A DNA stretch of 64,000 nt from positions 1-64,000 of the forward strand of contig CAVWIH010000033.1 in the NCBI GenBank assembly GCA_963755025.1. The letters run 5' to 3'. Below the pieces are notes generated by a model that was given only the letters and a program-made list of their open reading frames with translations, did not search any database and was not told where the DNA came from. Position numbers and translations under genes: made by a program. This DNA comes from an uncultured Actinomycetes bacterium. GTDB taxonomy: Bacteria > Actinomycetota > Thermoleophilia > UBA2241. Shown here in pieces: positions 9,361-20,808 of this stretch (the stretch's first letter is position 1; each line of letters opens with the position of its first letter).

Positions 9361-12300
9361 AGCGTGTTCTCGGTGACCACGCGCGGCTCCATGAACTGCA
9401 GCAGGTAGTCGGGGCCGCCCGCCTTTGAGCCGACGCCGCTCATCTTGAAGCCGCCGAACGGCTGACGCTCGACCATCGCCCCGGTGATGCCGCGATTGAT
9501 GTAGAGGTTGCCCACGCGGAACTCGCGGCGGGCGCGGGCGATGGTGGCCGGACTGCGCGAGACCAGACCGCCGGTGAGCGCGTACGAGGTGCCGTTGGCG
9601 ATCGCCAGGGCCTGGTCGAAGTCACCCGCCTTCATGATGGCGAGCACGGGGCCGAAGATCTCCTCCTGGCCGAGCGCCGAACCCGGCTCGACCCCGGCGA
9701 AGATGTGCGGGCCCACGTAGAAGCCGTCGTCGGGCCAGCCGCCGGCCGGCGCGGGGGTCGCCAGGGCGACCAGGGCCTCGCGCCGGCCGCGCTCGACGTA
9801 GCCCTCGATCGTCGCCTTCGCTTGGGCGGTGATGACGGGCCCCAGCCGGGTGGCGGGGTCGTCGGGCGGCCCCACGACCAGGCTGCGCGTGGCTTCGACC
9901 AGGCGCTCGAGGAACTCGTCGTAGGCCTCGCGCAACACGATCACGCGCGAGCAGGCCGAGCACTTCTGCCCCTGGTAGCCGAAGGCCGAGGCGACCGTCT
10001 CGAGCACCGCCACGTCCAGGTCGGCGTCGCTGTCGACGATGATCGCGTTCTTGCCGCCGAGCTCGACGATGACGCGCTTGAGCCAGGCGCGGCCCGGGTG
10101 CTGCGCGGCATGCGCCATGATGCCCAGGCCCACCTCGCGCGAGCCGGTGAAGGCGATGAGGTTCACTTCGGGGTGGGTGACCAGCGTCTCGCCGATCTCG
10201 CGGCCGGGGCCGAAGAGCATGTTGAGCGTGCCGGGGGCGCGCCGGCGGCCCGCAGGATGCGGGCCAGCTGCGCGCCGATCACGGGCGTCGGTCCGGCCGG
10301 CTTGACCACGACGGCGTTGCCGGCGACAAGCGCGGCGCTCGTCATGCCGGTGAGGATCGCCAGGGGAAAGTTCCAGGGGGCGATCACCGCGGCCACGCCG
10401 AGCGCCTCATAGCTCAAGTCGTTGACCTCGCCAGGCACGTGGCCCAGGCGCCGCGGTACGTCGAGGCGCAGCGCCTCGCGCCCGTAGAACTCGAGAAAGT
10501 CGATGGCCTCGCCGACGTCGGCGTCGGCTTCGCGAGCCGTCTTGCCGGCCTCGAGCGTCTCGAGAGCGGCGAGCTCTGCGAGCTCGCCGCGCATGAGCTC
10601 GGCGGCGCGGAACAGCACGGCGGCGCGCTCGCGCGCCGCCGTGTCGCGCCACGCCGGGAACGCCGCGCGGGCGGCCTGCACGGCGGCCTCGGTCTCGCGC
10701 GGGCCGGCGACCTCGACCACGCCCACCACGCGGGCGGGGTGGGCCGGGTCGATCGACTCGGCCGTGGCGACGCCGCGCTGGTCGCGCCCGCCGACGAGCA
10801 GCGACTCGTGGCGGGCCGGCCTGGCCGCGGCCTGGCGCAGCGCCTGCAGGGTGGCGCGGCGGCTCTCGAGCCGGGCGAAGTCGGCGTGCGGCATGTTGGC
10901 GAAGGGGCCGGGCGCGGCGGGGTCGGTGGGCGCCACGAGCGGCAGGTGGGGCGGCGGCTCGTCGAAGCCGGCCGACGGCGCCGGCGGGGCGATCAGCTGC
11001 TCGACGTCGGCGCCCTCGACGAAGGCGCCGCGCAGGAACGACTCGTTGGCGGTGTTCTCGAGCAGGCGCCGCACGAAGTAGGCCATGCCGGGAATGAGCT
11101 CGCCCACCGGCGCGTACTCGCGCAGGCGCAGGCCCATGGCGCGCACCGCCCCTTTGATGGGGTCGCCCATGCCGTGCAGCATCTGGATCTCGAAGCCGTC
11201 GTCGGGCACGCGCAGGCGGCGGGCGGTGGCGATCGCCGCCGCGAGCGAGCGCACGTTGTGGCTGCCGAAGGCCGGCCGCACCACGTCGACGCTCTCGAGC
11301 ATGAGGCGCGCCAGGCGCTCGAACGAGACGTCGGCGTCGGGCTTGTGGGTGAAGACCGGCGTGGGCCAGCCCTCCTGGCGGGCGAGCACCGTCTCGTAGT
11401 CCCAGTAGGCGCCCTTGACGAGCCGCACCGTGAACGGCCGGCCGCGGCTGCGGCCCCAGTCGATCAGCGCCCGGAGGTCGTCGCGGGCGTCGCGCAGGTA
11501 GGCCTGCACGACCACGCCGGCCTGGTCGAAGGCGCGGAACTCTTCTTCGTCGAGCAGTTCGGTGAACACCGTGTAGGTGAGGTCGCGGTAGCGGAACTGC
11601 TCGAGGTCGAGATTGACGAAGGCGCCGTGCTGCGCCGCGCGGCGCACGACCGGGCGCAGCGCGTCTTTGACGGCGGCCGCCGAACCGCGAAAATCGAGCG
11701 GGTCGATCTGCGAGTACAGCGAGGTGATCTTGATCGAGACGTTGACGCGCGGCAGGGGCCCCCAGGCCGAGTGTTCGATCGCCGGCTCGGCGGGCCAGGC
11801 GGCGGTCTCGCGGGTGAGGTCGTCGAGCAGGTCGAGGTAGCGCTGCTGGTAGGCGGTCGCTTCGCGGGCGCTGACCGAGGCCTCGCCGAGCACGTCGATG
11901 GTGAAGCCCAGGCCGCGGTCGCGCAGCTCTTTGAGGCCGGGCAGCGCGGCGTGCCCGTTGGCGCCCAGAATGAAGCGGCGCGCGAATGACAGCATCTCGG
12001 CGCGCACGGCGCGCACGGCGGCCGGGCGCAGCGGCGAATGGCGTCCGGTGGCGCCGATCGCCAGGCGCAGGGCGCGCGGCGTCTCGACGCCGGGCTGCAG
12101 AAAGTACTCCTGCAGATGGCGGGCGATCTCGGCCGTGCTGCGCAGCGTGGGGAAGACGTCGACAAAGCGGAAGAGCTCGACCTTGAGGCGCTCGTCGGCC
12201 ATGGCCCAGTCGAGCATCTCGTCCTGCCAGCGCGACTGCGAGAGCAGAGTGGGCCGCGAACGGTCGATCAGCGCAAACAGGGCGCGGGCGGTCGCCTGCA

Positions 12301-12382
12301 CGTCGGCTTCGAGGCCAGCCGCGCCGGCGTCGCCGCGCGGCGCCGGATCGCCCGGCCGCGCCTGGCTTGTGAGGGTCGTCAC
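9324..12382 (-). CDS. putA: Bifunctional proline dehydrogenase / P5C dehydrogenase PutA (frameshift near 10240)
   Basis: PRODH 'VRLVKGAYWD', 'YFVRRLLENTANESF'; ALDH 'PWNFPLAI', 'FTGS', 'ELGGKNA', 'GQKCSACSR', 'EEIFGPV'; C-terminus 'ENTLRRGFAP'. Confidence 0.92.
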
Positions 12383-12463
12383 GTCACCATCCTTGAGAGG
12401 AGGTCGCTTGGCGATTCTACCAGCGCCCCCGACGGCGTTACCGTGGGATACACTACGCCGGCT

Positions 12464-13015
12464 GTGACCGACTCCGATCTCCCGATCCTGACCGACCTGC
12501 GCCTGCGCGAGTTCACGATGGCCGACTACGAGGCCGTCGACGCGCTGTGGCGGCGGGCCGGCCTGTGGATGCGGCCCTCCGACGGCGCCGCGCAGGTCGC
12601 CCTCAAGCTCGAGCGCGACCCCGACCTGTTCCTCGTGGCCTGCTTGGGCGCCGAGCTGATCGGGGTGGCCATGGGCGGCTGGGACGGCCGGCGCGCCTAC
12701 CTCTACCACCTGGCCGTCGACCCGGTCTGGCAGCGCCGTGGCGTGGCCGGCCTGCTGCTCGACGAGCTCGAGGCGCGCTTTCGCGCCAAGGGGGCGCTCA
12801 AGGCCAAGCTGCAGATCGTGGCCGGTAACGACGCCTCGGTGGCCTTCTTCACGGCGCGCGGCTACGCGCACGAGGTCGGCATCCTGCCCTGGGGCAGGGA
12901 GCTGGTCGCGGGCGGCGCGCCCGACGACCGTGCCTCCGACACGAGCGAGCGCACTGGTGCCGCTCCCGCCGACCGCACGCCCGCCGGCGGAGCGCCCGAC
13001 GAGGGCGAGGGCTAG
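12464..13015 (+). CDS. GNAT acetyltransferase (YpeA-like)
   Basis: 'MGGWDGRRAYLYHLAVDPVWQRRGVA'. Confidence 0.85.
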   Translation: MTDSDLPILTDLRLREFTMADYEAVDALWRRAGLWMRPSDGAAQVALKLERDPDLFLVACLGAELIGVAMGGWDGRRAYLYHLAVDPVWQRRGVAGLLLDELEARFRAKGALKAKLQIVAGNDASVAFFTARGYAHEVGILPWGRELVAGGAPDDRASDTSERTGAAPADRTPAGGAPDEGEG

Positions 13016-13017
13016 CC

Positions 13018-14028
13018 GTGCGGCCCGCCATCATCTGGGACCCGCTCTACAGCGAGCACGACACCGGCGACCACGTCGAGTCGCCCGACCGCGCCGCGGC
13101 GATCGTGGCGCACCTCGAGCAGACCGACCTGTGGCCCCGGCTGCCGCTGATCGCACCGCACCCGGCGACGGTCGACGACCTGCTCACCGTGCACACTGCT
13201 GAGCACGTCGAGAAGGTCCGCGAGACGGCGCTGTCCGGCGGCGGCTGGCTCGACGCCGACACCTACGTTTCGCCGCGCAGCTTCGAGGTCGCGCTGCTGG
13301 CCGCCGGCGGCACGCTCGACATCGCCGCCGCCTGGCACGACGGCCTGGCCCCGTTCGCCCTGGTGCGGCCGCCCGGTCACCACGCCATGCCCGACCACGC
13401 CATGGGGTTCTGCCTGTTCGACAACATCGCCATCCTGGCGCGCCGCCTGCTGGCCGACGGCCTCAGCCGCGTGCTCATCCTCGACTGGGACGTGCACCAC
13501 GGCAACGGCACCCAGGCCGTCTTTTACGACGACCCTCGCGCGCTGTTCGTGTCGCTGCACCAGTGGCCGTTCTTTCCCGGCACGGGCTGGTACTCCGAGG
13601 TGGGCACAGGCGACGGCGAGGGCTTCACGGTCAACGTGCCGTTCCCGCCGCGCTCGACCGACGGCGACTACGCTCACGCCTTCACCGAGCTGATCGAGCC
13701 GATCGTCGCGCAGTTCGGCCCCGAGGCGGTGCTGGTCTCCTCGGGGCAGGACGTCCACGTCGACGATCTTCTCGGCGCCATGTCGGTGACCGAGGCGGGC
13801 TTCGCCCAGCTCGGCGCGCGCGCCGCGGCGCTCGCCGAGCAGGCCGACGGCCGCCTGGGCCTCGTGCTCGAGGGCGGCTACAACAACGCCGCCAGCGGGC
13901 GCGCCGTCGAAGCCACGCTGCGCGCGGTGGCCGAGGGCTACGCGGCGCCGGTCGGCGGTCCCAGCGCGCAGGGCAAGGTGGTGATCGGCAAAGCCATCGA
14001 GACGCAGCGCCGCTACTGGGGTCTCTGA
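13018..14028 (+). CDS. Histone deacetylase family (AcuC/HdaH-like) Zn amidohydrolase
   Basis: 'HVESPDR', 'RPPGHHA', 'GFCLF', 'DWDVHHGNGTQ', 'LEGGY'. Confidence 0.95.
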   Translation: MRPAIIWDPLYSEHDTGDHVESPDRAAAIVAHLEQTDLWPRLPLIAPHPATVDDLLTVHTAEHVEKVRETALSGGGWLDADTYVSPRSFEVALLAAGGTLDIAAAWHDGLAPFALVRPPGHHAMPDHAMGFCLFDNIAILARRLLADGLSRVLILDWDVHHGNGTQAVFYDDPRALFVSLHQWPFFPGTGWYSEVGTGDGEGFTVNVPFPPRSTDGDYAHAFTELIEPIVAQFGPEAVLVSSGQDVHVDDLLGAMSVTEAGFAQLGARAAALAEQADGRLGLVLEGGYNNAASGRAVEATLRAVAEGYAAPVGGPSAQGKVVIGKAIETQRRYWGL

Positions 14029-14252
14029 GCGGCGCGAACGTTTGCGCGCGGCGGGCAGGAACGCGTCGCCCGGCCCCGAACATCTGCCGCGGGTCCGTCG
14101 TTCGCGGCCCTGATTCAACTTAGCGAGGCCCGCTGCCGACACAACAAGAAAGAGAGACAGACCCTAGGCGGGCAGGGGTTCGTATGCTACTATTTGGCCA
14201 CCGGGGGGCCGGCTCTGACGAGCCGGCTTTTATCATGAAGGAGGTAGGTAGG

Positions 14253-14606
14253 TTGTTGGTCGAAGAAGCGCTCGAGTGCCATGAGTGCGCCGCAATTTGC
14301 GAGAAAGTGGTCTACCCGGCCAACTGCCTCGCGTCGAGTTGCCGCTACCTGTACGCCTTCAAGGAGAGGGGCCGCACCTTCTTCGGTTGCATCGAAAAGG
14401 TCTTTCGCCATGAGATAGAGCTCGAGCTCTTCCGCGAGCTCGAGCGCACCAAGGGCGGCTTCGGCGTCGTCAAGATGGCGCGCCAGCCCCTGCAGCAGTG
14501 CGCGGTCGCCGTGCAGAGCTGCTACCAGTGCGCCGAAGTCCCGCTGTGTCGCAACATGTACTTCAGGCGTCGCGAGCGTCGCACGGTCGAGGCCTTCGAA
14601 GAGTAA
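14253..14606 (+). CDS. Cysteine-rich hypothetical protein (about 117 aa, 10 Cys)
   Basis: AAGGAGG at 14238-14244 before TTG; CHEC and CYQC motifs plus six further Cys; followed by a terminator. Confidence 0.75.
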   Translation: MLVEEALECHECAAICEKVVYPANCLASSCRYLYAFKERGRTFFGCIEKVFRHEIELELFRELERTKGGFGVVKMARQPLQQCAVAVQSCYQCAEVPLCRNMYFRRRERRTVEAFEE

Positions 14607-14612
14607 GAACAC

Positions 14613-14639
14613 GGGGCGGCTTGGCCGCCCCTTTCATTT
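14613..14639 (+). terminator. Intrinsic terminator
   Basis: ggggcggc-ttg-gccgcccc followed by tttcattt. Confidence 0.7.
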
Positions 14640-14785
14640 GTGGCCGGGTCGGCCTTGCGCGTGCGCGCCGGGCTGCGATTCGGCGCACCACAGTGCCGCT
14701 CTGCGACCATCAGTCGTACCGCCGGCGCAAACGGGTATACTCGTACCTGCGATCCACCCGGTCTTCTTTGCCGGCCGTCGCCCGT

Positions 14786-15135
14786 GGGGGCGAATTGGTT
14801 TCGACATGGAGTGACTCAGGTAGGAGCAGCAAGCCGAGGTCCGGTGGCCTCGTTAAACTGCCGGAACAAACCACATGCCGAGAGTAATCTCGCACTGGCT
14901 GCCTAAACAGTAGCCACGTCGCCTCTGCCGAGCCTGCGGGCAGAGAAGCGGCGCCGATAGCGGGCTAGGGAACGGCTGGTCGGCTCTGTCCGGCCGCGAC
15001 CGAAGCTAACCAGGGCTGGCAATCCAGATCCGGCCGACGCGGAGCTGGGGCGCGAGACGAAATGCGACGGCTAAGCTTGTAGAGACTCCGCTAGGGCCTC
15101 CGTGGACGCGGGTTCGAGTCCCGCCGCCTCCACCA
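14786..15135 (+). ncRNA. ssrA: tmRNA, encoded tag AESNLALAA
   Basis: 5' GGGGGCG pairs with 3' CGCCTCC-ACCA including the Ala G3-U70 wobble; GGTTTCGAC near the 5' end; T-loop GGTTCGAGTCC; tag reading frame 14877-14906 ends in ALAA-TAA; TATACT -10 near 14736. Confidence 0.96.
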
Positions 15136-15160
15136 ACGTTGTCGTTCCGGCGACGTTTTC
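15135..15160 (+). terminator. Intrinsic terminator after ssrA
   Basis: aacgttgtcg-ttc-cggcgacgtt followed by tt. Confidence 0.6.
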
Positions 15161-15283
15161 TGCTTGTACACTCTGGTTCCGGCCGCGCCGGGCCGCGCGC
15201 GCCCGTCGCCGCGGGCGAGCCACCCGAGGACCGGAGCCGACCCGAGCCACGCATCGTGCGCCCGCTTAAAGAAGGAGCCCCTC

Positions 15284-15658
15284 ATGGAGATCCCTGCGAA
15301 GCTGCAAGAGGTCCTCAAGAAGGACGGCGTCGTCGCCATCGCCACGCTGGGCGAAGACGGCCCGCACCTGGTGAACACCTGGAACAGTTACGTGCGTCTC
15401 ACCCCCGACGGCCGCCTGCTCATTCCCGCCGGCTACATGAACCAGACCGAAGCCAACGTCGCGTTCAACCCCGAAGTGCTGATCACGGCGGGCAGTAGCA
15501 AGGTGCCCGGCAAGAACGGCCCGGGCACGGGCTTTCTCATCGAGGGCACGGCGGCCTTCGTCACCTCGGGCCCCGAGTTCGACACGCTCAAGGCGACCTT
15601 CGGCTGGATGCGCGCGACAATGGTCGTCACTGTTCGAACCGCGATCCAGACGCTCTAG
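15284..15658 (+). CDS. FMN-binding split-barrel protein (pyridoxamine 5'-phosphate oxidase-like)
   Basis: AAGGAG RBS; 'GVVAIAT...PHLVNTWNSY...GPGTGFLIEGTA' resembles the Desulfovibrio FMN-binding protein family. Confidence 0.8.
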   Translation: MEIPAKLQEVLKKDGVVAIATLGEDGPHLVNTWNSYVRLTPDGRLLIPAGYMNQTEANVAFNPEVLITAGSSKVPGKNGPGTGFLIEGTAAFVTSGPEFDTLKATFGWMRATMVVTVRTAIQTL

Positions 15659-15664
15659 CTCGTC

Positions 15665-15808
15665 GTGGACGTCGTGCGCATCCACGACGACCTGCTGCGC
15701 TTCTCAAGCTACGCTGAGCCGATCGACCTGTCGTTCACCCGCGAGGCGCCGCTCGCCCTGCCGGTCGCTCTGGTCGCGCCCGGCCACGGCCCCTGCATCC
15801 GGCTGTGA
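15665..15808 (+). pseudogene. 47-codon remnant of a metallo-beta-lactamase-fold protein with a large in-frame internal deletion
   Basis: VDVVRIHDDLLRFSSYAEPIDLSFT-REAPLALPVALVAPGHGPCIRL*; resembles the N-terminus plus the C-terminal PGHG motif of MBL-fold proteins; HxHxDH core absent. Confidence 0.5.
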
Positions 15809-16782
15809 TGGGGTCGCCGGCCCCGGACGGCGCGCGCTTCACCGTCCGCCCCGTCCCGCCTTACGACTTCGACCGCTCACTCTCGATCTTCACGCGCTGG
15901 GGAGAGGCGAGCGTGCTCGACGTCTACGAACGCGGCCTCTACCGGCGCGTCGTGCCCACGCCGCACGGCAACGTCGCGCTCTCCTTTCGCACGGTCGGCA
16001 CTATCGACAAGCCCGAGGTGACCGTCTCCGCGTTCTCGCCACACGACGGTCTCGGCGAGGCCGAGCTGCGCGACATCGCCGAGCACGTGCTCAACGCGCG
16101 ACTCGACCCCGCACCGTGTGTCGCCATCATGAAAGCCGATCCGGTGCTCGCCGCGCACCTGCAGACGTTTCGCGGAGTGCGCCCGGCCCTGGTGCCGTCG
16201 CTCTTCGAGGCGCTCGTCATCGCCATCCTCGAGCAGCAGATCGCCCTGGCCGTGGCCATCCGGGTGAAAGCGCGCCTCGTGACCGGCTACGGCGAGACGT
16301 TCGCGCGCGACGGGCAGACCTTCTCCGCGTTCCCCTCGCCCGCCGTCTTGTCGGCGGCGGCGCCCGACGACCTTCACGCGCTCGGCATGACCCGGCGCAA
16401 GGCCGAGTACATCATCGGTCTCGCCGGCCTCGTCGCCGGCGGCCAGCTCGACCTTGCCGCGCTCGCCGCGCTCGACGACACCGAGCTCGTGGCCCGCCTG
16501 ACCGCGGTCCGCGGCATCGGACGCTGGACCGCCGAGTACGCCGCCATCAGGGGACTCGGCCGGATGTCGTTCCTTCTGGCCGACGACCTCGGCGTCAGGA
16601 ACGTCGTGTCGAAGCTCTACTGCGGCGGCCGCAAAGCGACGGCCGACGAGGTGCGCACCCTGCTGGCCGGCTGGGGAGACCAGAAGGGGCTCCTGGCGTT
16701 CTATCTGCTGAACCTGGAAAGGCTGGACGAAGGCCGGGCCGCGGAGGCCGTGCCGGCTGTGGAGGCGAGCGATGACCGGTGA
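15808..16782 (+). CDS. alkA: DNA-3-methyladenine glycosylase II (AlkA, HhH-GPD family)
   Basis: 'FEALVIAILEQQI', 'AFPSP', HhH 'VRGIGRWTAEY', 'DDLGVR'. Confidence 0.88.
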   Translation: MGSPAPDGARFTVRPVPPYDFDRSLSIFTRWGEASVLDVYERGLYRRVVPTPHGNVALSFRTVGTIDKPEVTVSAFSPHDGLGEAELRDIAEHVLNARLDPAPCVAIMKADPVLAAHLQTFRGVRPALVPSLFEALVIAILEQQIALAVAIRVKARLVTGYGETFARDGQTFSAFPSPAVLSAAAPDDLHALGMTRRKAEYIIGLAGLVAGGQLDLAALAALDDTELVARLTAVRGIGRWTAEYAAIRGLGRMSFLLADDLGVRNVVSKLYCGGRKATADEVRTLLAGWGDQKGLLAFYLLNLERLDEGRAAEAVPAVEASDDR

Positions 16783-17920
16783 CGACAAAGACTGGCTGAC
16801 CGACGACGTTCCCGAGCTGCGCGACGCGCCGCCCTGGGTGATGGAAGAGATGATCCTGGCGCAGCCGGCTCTGGCGGCGCCGATCCTCGCTGCCGATCGC
16901 CCCGAGGCGGCGCGGTTGCGAGACGCCGTGGCCACCGCGGCCGCCGCGGGCGAGCCTGTCGTCGTGACCGGCTGCGGCACCTCGGAGCACGCCGCCCTGG
17001 TCGTGGCCGAGCTCCTCACCGACTCGTTCCGCCGCGCGGGCCTCGGCGCGGCTCGCGCCGAGGCCCGCCAGGCGCTCGACGCCGCCCTCGACCCGCGGTC
17101 CGGCGGCGTCTGCCTCGCGATCTCCCACGACGGCGGCACAAGAGCGACCAGCCTCGCGCTGCAGGCGGCCCGCGAGAGCGGCGCCACGACCGGCCTGATC
17201 ACCGCCTGCGCCGCCCCCGCGTGCACGGCGGGCGCCGATCTCGTCTTCGTCACCCCCGTGCACGACGACTCCTGGTGCCACACGCTCGCCTATGTGAGCG
17301 CCATCCTGGCCGGGGCGCGGATCGCGGGCATCGCCGGCGACCAGGCCGCCACGGCCGCCGCGAGCACCATCGAGGCGACCCTCGAGCGCCGCGCCGACTT
17401 TGAAGCGGCGGCGGCGCACCTGGGCCGCTCCGGGCGCACCGTGACCGCCGGCATGGGCATCGACCAGGTGAACGCCGGTGAGCTCGCCCTCAAGATCGCC
17501 GAGGGCGCGCGCGTTCCTACGACCGCCTATCACCTCGAGACCCTGCTGCACGGCCACCTCGCGGGGTGCGACGCCGGCGCTACGAGCCTCGTGCTACTGG
17601 CGCTCGACCAGCGCCCCGGCGCGCGCCGCGACCGCCGTCTCGCGCTCGTAGCGCGGGCCGTGCGGGCGATCGGCATCCCGTCGGTCGCGCTGGCTCCACG
17701 GTCGGTGCTCGCCACGCTGCCGGGCGACGTCCACGGCGTCGCGCTCGAGCCCTCGGCTACCGAGCCGCTGCTCTCAGCCGCGCTGCAGGGCGCCGTGGCG
17801 GTGCAGCTCCTGACGCTCGCCGTCGTCGCGCTGGCCGGCACGAACCCCGACCTCATCCGCCGCGAGGAGCGCGCCTACCGCGAGGCCGCGCTCATCGGCG
17901 ACGCCACGCCCGACTGGTAG
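16772..17920 (+). CDS. Double SIS-domain sugar-phosphate isomerase/deaminase (GlmS C-terminal-like)
   Basis: 'MEEMILAQP', 'TGCGTSEHAA', 'ISHDGGT', 'ELALKIAE', 'LLHGH', 'NPD'. Confidence 0.85.
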   Translation: MTGDDKDWLTDDVPELRDAPPWVMEEMILAQPALAAPILAADRPEAARLRDAVATAAAAGEPVVVTGCGTSEHAALVVAELLTDSFRRAGLGAARAEARQALDAALDPRSGGVCLAISHDGGTRATSLALQAARESGATTGLITACAAPACTAGADLVFVTPVHDDSWCHTLAYVSAILAGARIAGIAGDQAATAAASTIEATLERRADFEAAAAHLGRSGRTVTAGMGIDQVNAGELALKIAEGARVPTTAYHLETLLHGHLAGCDAGATSLVLLALDQRPGARRDRRLALVARAVRAIGIPSVALAPRSVLATLPGDVHGVALEPSATEPLLSAALQGAVAVQLLTLAVVALAGTNPDLIRREERAYREAALIGDATPDW

Positions 17921-17930
17921 CGGGTCGCGT

Positions 17931-18677
17931 CTACAGCATCTGACGGGTGGGCCTGAAGAGGATCTCGTTGATGTCGACGTCGTCGGGCTGGCTCATGGCG
18001 AAGACCACGGCGCGGGCAAACGAGTCGGCGGGGATCGCGTACTTGTCGTAGAAGCCGTGCATGCTCTCGGAGATGTCCTGCTCGCTGATGGTGTCCGGCA
18101 GTTCGGTGGCGACAGCGCCCGGCGAGATCACCGTGGTGCGGATGTTGTAGGGCTTCACCTCCTGGCGCAGCCCTTCGGAGAGCGCCCGCACTGCGTGCTT
18201 GGTCGCGGCGTAGACGGCGCCGTTGGCCGACACCTTGTGGCCGGCCACCGAGGAGACGTTGACGAACTGGCCGGCCTTCTGCTCGATCATGTGCGGCAGC
18301 GCCGCGGCGATGCCGTAGAGCACGCCTTTGAGGTTCACGTCGACCATGCGGTCCCACTCGTCGACCTTGAGCCGCTCGAGCGGGGAGTGGGGCATGAGCC
18401 CAGCGTTGTTGATCATGACGTCGATGCGTCCGTACGTTTGCACAGCGGCGTCGACCAGCGCTTCGACCTGTTCGCGGTCGGTGACGTCGGTCTGCAGGGC
18501 GAGCGCCTTGCCGCCCTTACCCTCGAGCTCTTCGGCCAGAGCTTCGATGCGGTCGAGACGCCGGGCGCCCAGCACGACGGTCGCGCCCTCCTCGGAGAGC
18601 AGCCGCGCGGCGGCCTCGCCGAGCCCGCTGCTGGCGCCGGTGATCACGACGACTTTGCCTGCGATGTTCGCACTCAT
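17931..18677 (-). CDS. SDR family NAD(P)-dependent oxidoreductase
   Basis: 'TGASSGLG', 'NNAG', 'YAATK', 'DINEILFRP'. Confidence 0.93.
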   Translation of the reverse strand: MSANIAGKVVVITGASSGLGEAAARLLSEEGATVVLGARRLDRIEALAEELEGKGGKALALQTDVTDREQVEALVDAAVQTYGRIDVMINNAGLMPHSPLERLKVDEWDRMVDVNLKGVLYGIAAALPHMIEQKAGQFVNVSSVAGHKVSANGAVYAATKHAVRALSEGLRQEVKPYNIRTTVISPGAVATELPDTISEQDISESMHGFYDKYAIPADSFARAVVFAMSQPDDVDINEILFRPTRQML

Positions 18678-18828
18678 GGAGCTCGCGATCCTTTCGGTCG
18701 ACTTCACGGTCCGGGTGCCACGCCCGACCTCGGTCAGGACTTTTGCGCGTAGCCTACACGCGGCAACGCCGACGGGGAGTGGAGCGCTATGATTGCCCGG
18801 CGCTGCAAGGCACGACACGGGGGACGGA

Positions 18829-19680
18829 GTGAGCCGCGACGGCAAGGTCTTCGACGAGATGGCGGCCGACTACGACCGCAACCGCCCCGCGTACCCCGAT
18901 GAGCTTGTCGGCCGGGCCTGCCGGATCGCCGGAGTGGGGAGCGGCGACAGGGTGCTCGAGGTCGGCTGCGGCAGCGGTCAGCTGACGCGCAGCCTCGTCG
19001 CCCGCGGCCTCGACGTCGTGGCCGTCGAGCCCGGCCGGAACCTGCTGTCGCTCGCCGCGCGCAACGTGGGCGGCGGCCCCGGCCGCGTGGAGTTCGTGAA
19101 CGCGCGCTTCGAAGACGCGCCGCTCGCCCAGGGCCGCTTTCGCGCGCTGTTCTCGGCGTCGGCCTTTCACTGGCTCGACCCCGACGTGAGCTGGCGCAAG
19201 GCCGCCGGCGTGCTCGTGCCCGGGGGCACGCTGGCGCTCATCCAGTACTGCGGGCTGCAAGAGGAGCGCAGCGCCGCCGACCAGCAGGCGCTGCTCTCGG
19301 GCCTGGCGCGGATCGCCCCCGAGGCGGCCGCTGCCTGGCCGCGCTACCGCGACCTCGCGGGCACCGTCGCGGGAGTCGAGGAACGCCGCGCGAACGTCTC
19401 CCAGGCGTGGGCGTGGGTCGGCAGCCACGACGTGGCCCGCCCGTACGCCGGCCGGCTGTTCGACGACGTGCGGGTCTCGTGCCTGCCGCAGCTCCTCGAG
19501 CAGACCGCCGACGAGTTGAACGAGCTGCTGGCCACGGCGTCGTTCTTTCCGCGGCTTTCGCCGGACCGACGGCGGGCCTTGCGGCGCGAGCACGTGGAGA
19601 TGTACGAGCGACTCGGCCGGCCGATCAGGTCGAGTACCGTCGCCGTGCTCGTCACGGCGCGGCGCGGAGCCGAGGCTTGA
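18829..19680 (+). CDS. Class I SAM-dependent methyltransferase
   Basis: 'YDRNRPAYP', 'VLEVGCGSG', 'AFHWLD', 'LVPGGTL'. Confidence 0.88.
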   Translation: MSRDGKVFDEMAADYDRNRPAYPDELVGRACRIAGVGSGDRVLEVGCGSGQLTRSLVARGLDVVAVEPGRNLLSLAARNVGGGPGRVEFVNARFEDAPLAQGRFRALFSASAFHWLDPDVSWRKAAGVLVPGGTLALIQYCGLQEERSAADQQALLSGLARIAPEAAAAWPRYRDLAGTVAGVEERRANVSQAWAWVGSHDVARPYAGRLFDDVRVSCLPQLLEQTADELNELLATASFFPRLSPDRRRALRREHVEMYERLGRPIRSSTVAVLVTARRGAEA

Positions 19681-19970
19681 GCGGGCACACCTGCGAAGGG
19701 CCGCCTCGCGAGGTGCTCCCCGCGCGCTCCCTCGAGCTCGCCGGCGGTGTCCTTGACGACGGCCTCGCGCTGCTCGCCGTCCGCCTGCAGCCGACTCCCT
19801 CCGGCGCGTGCGCCCCTACCCCCGCAGGTACACCCGCGATTCCTACTCGGGGGTGACGACCCAAAGCTCGCCGTCCGGGTAAGGTTCAGGTTGACCCGTG
19901 TCATACGTGGCGCGGCGCGCGCTTGGGCCGTCGTGGTCGGGCGCGCACGACGCTACCAGGAGGCGCGCCG

Positions 19971-20804
<834 letters not shown>

Positions 20805-20808
<4 letters not shown>

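Noticed and set aside
15136-19680. Integrative element at the tmRNA 3' end
   Set aside because: The genes look accessory, but there is no integrase and I saw no second copy of the ssrA 3' end.
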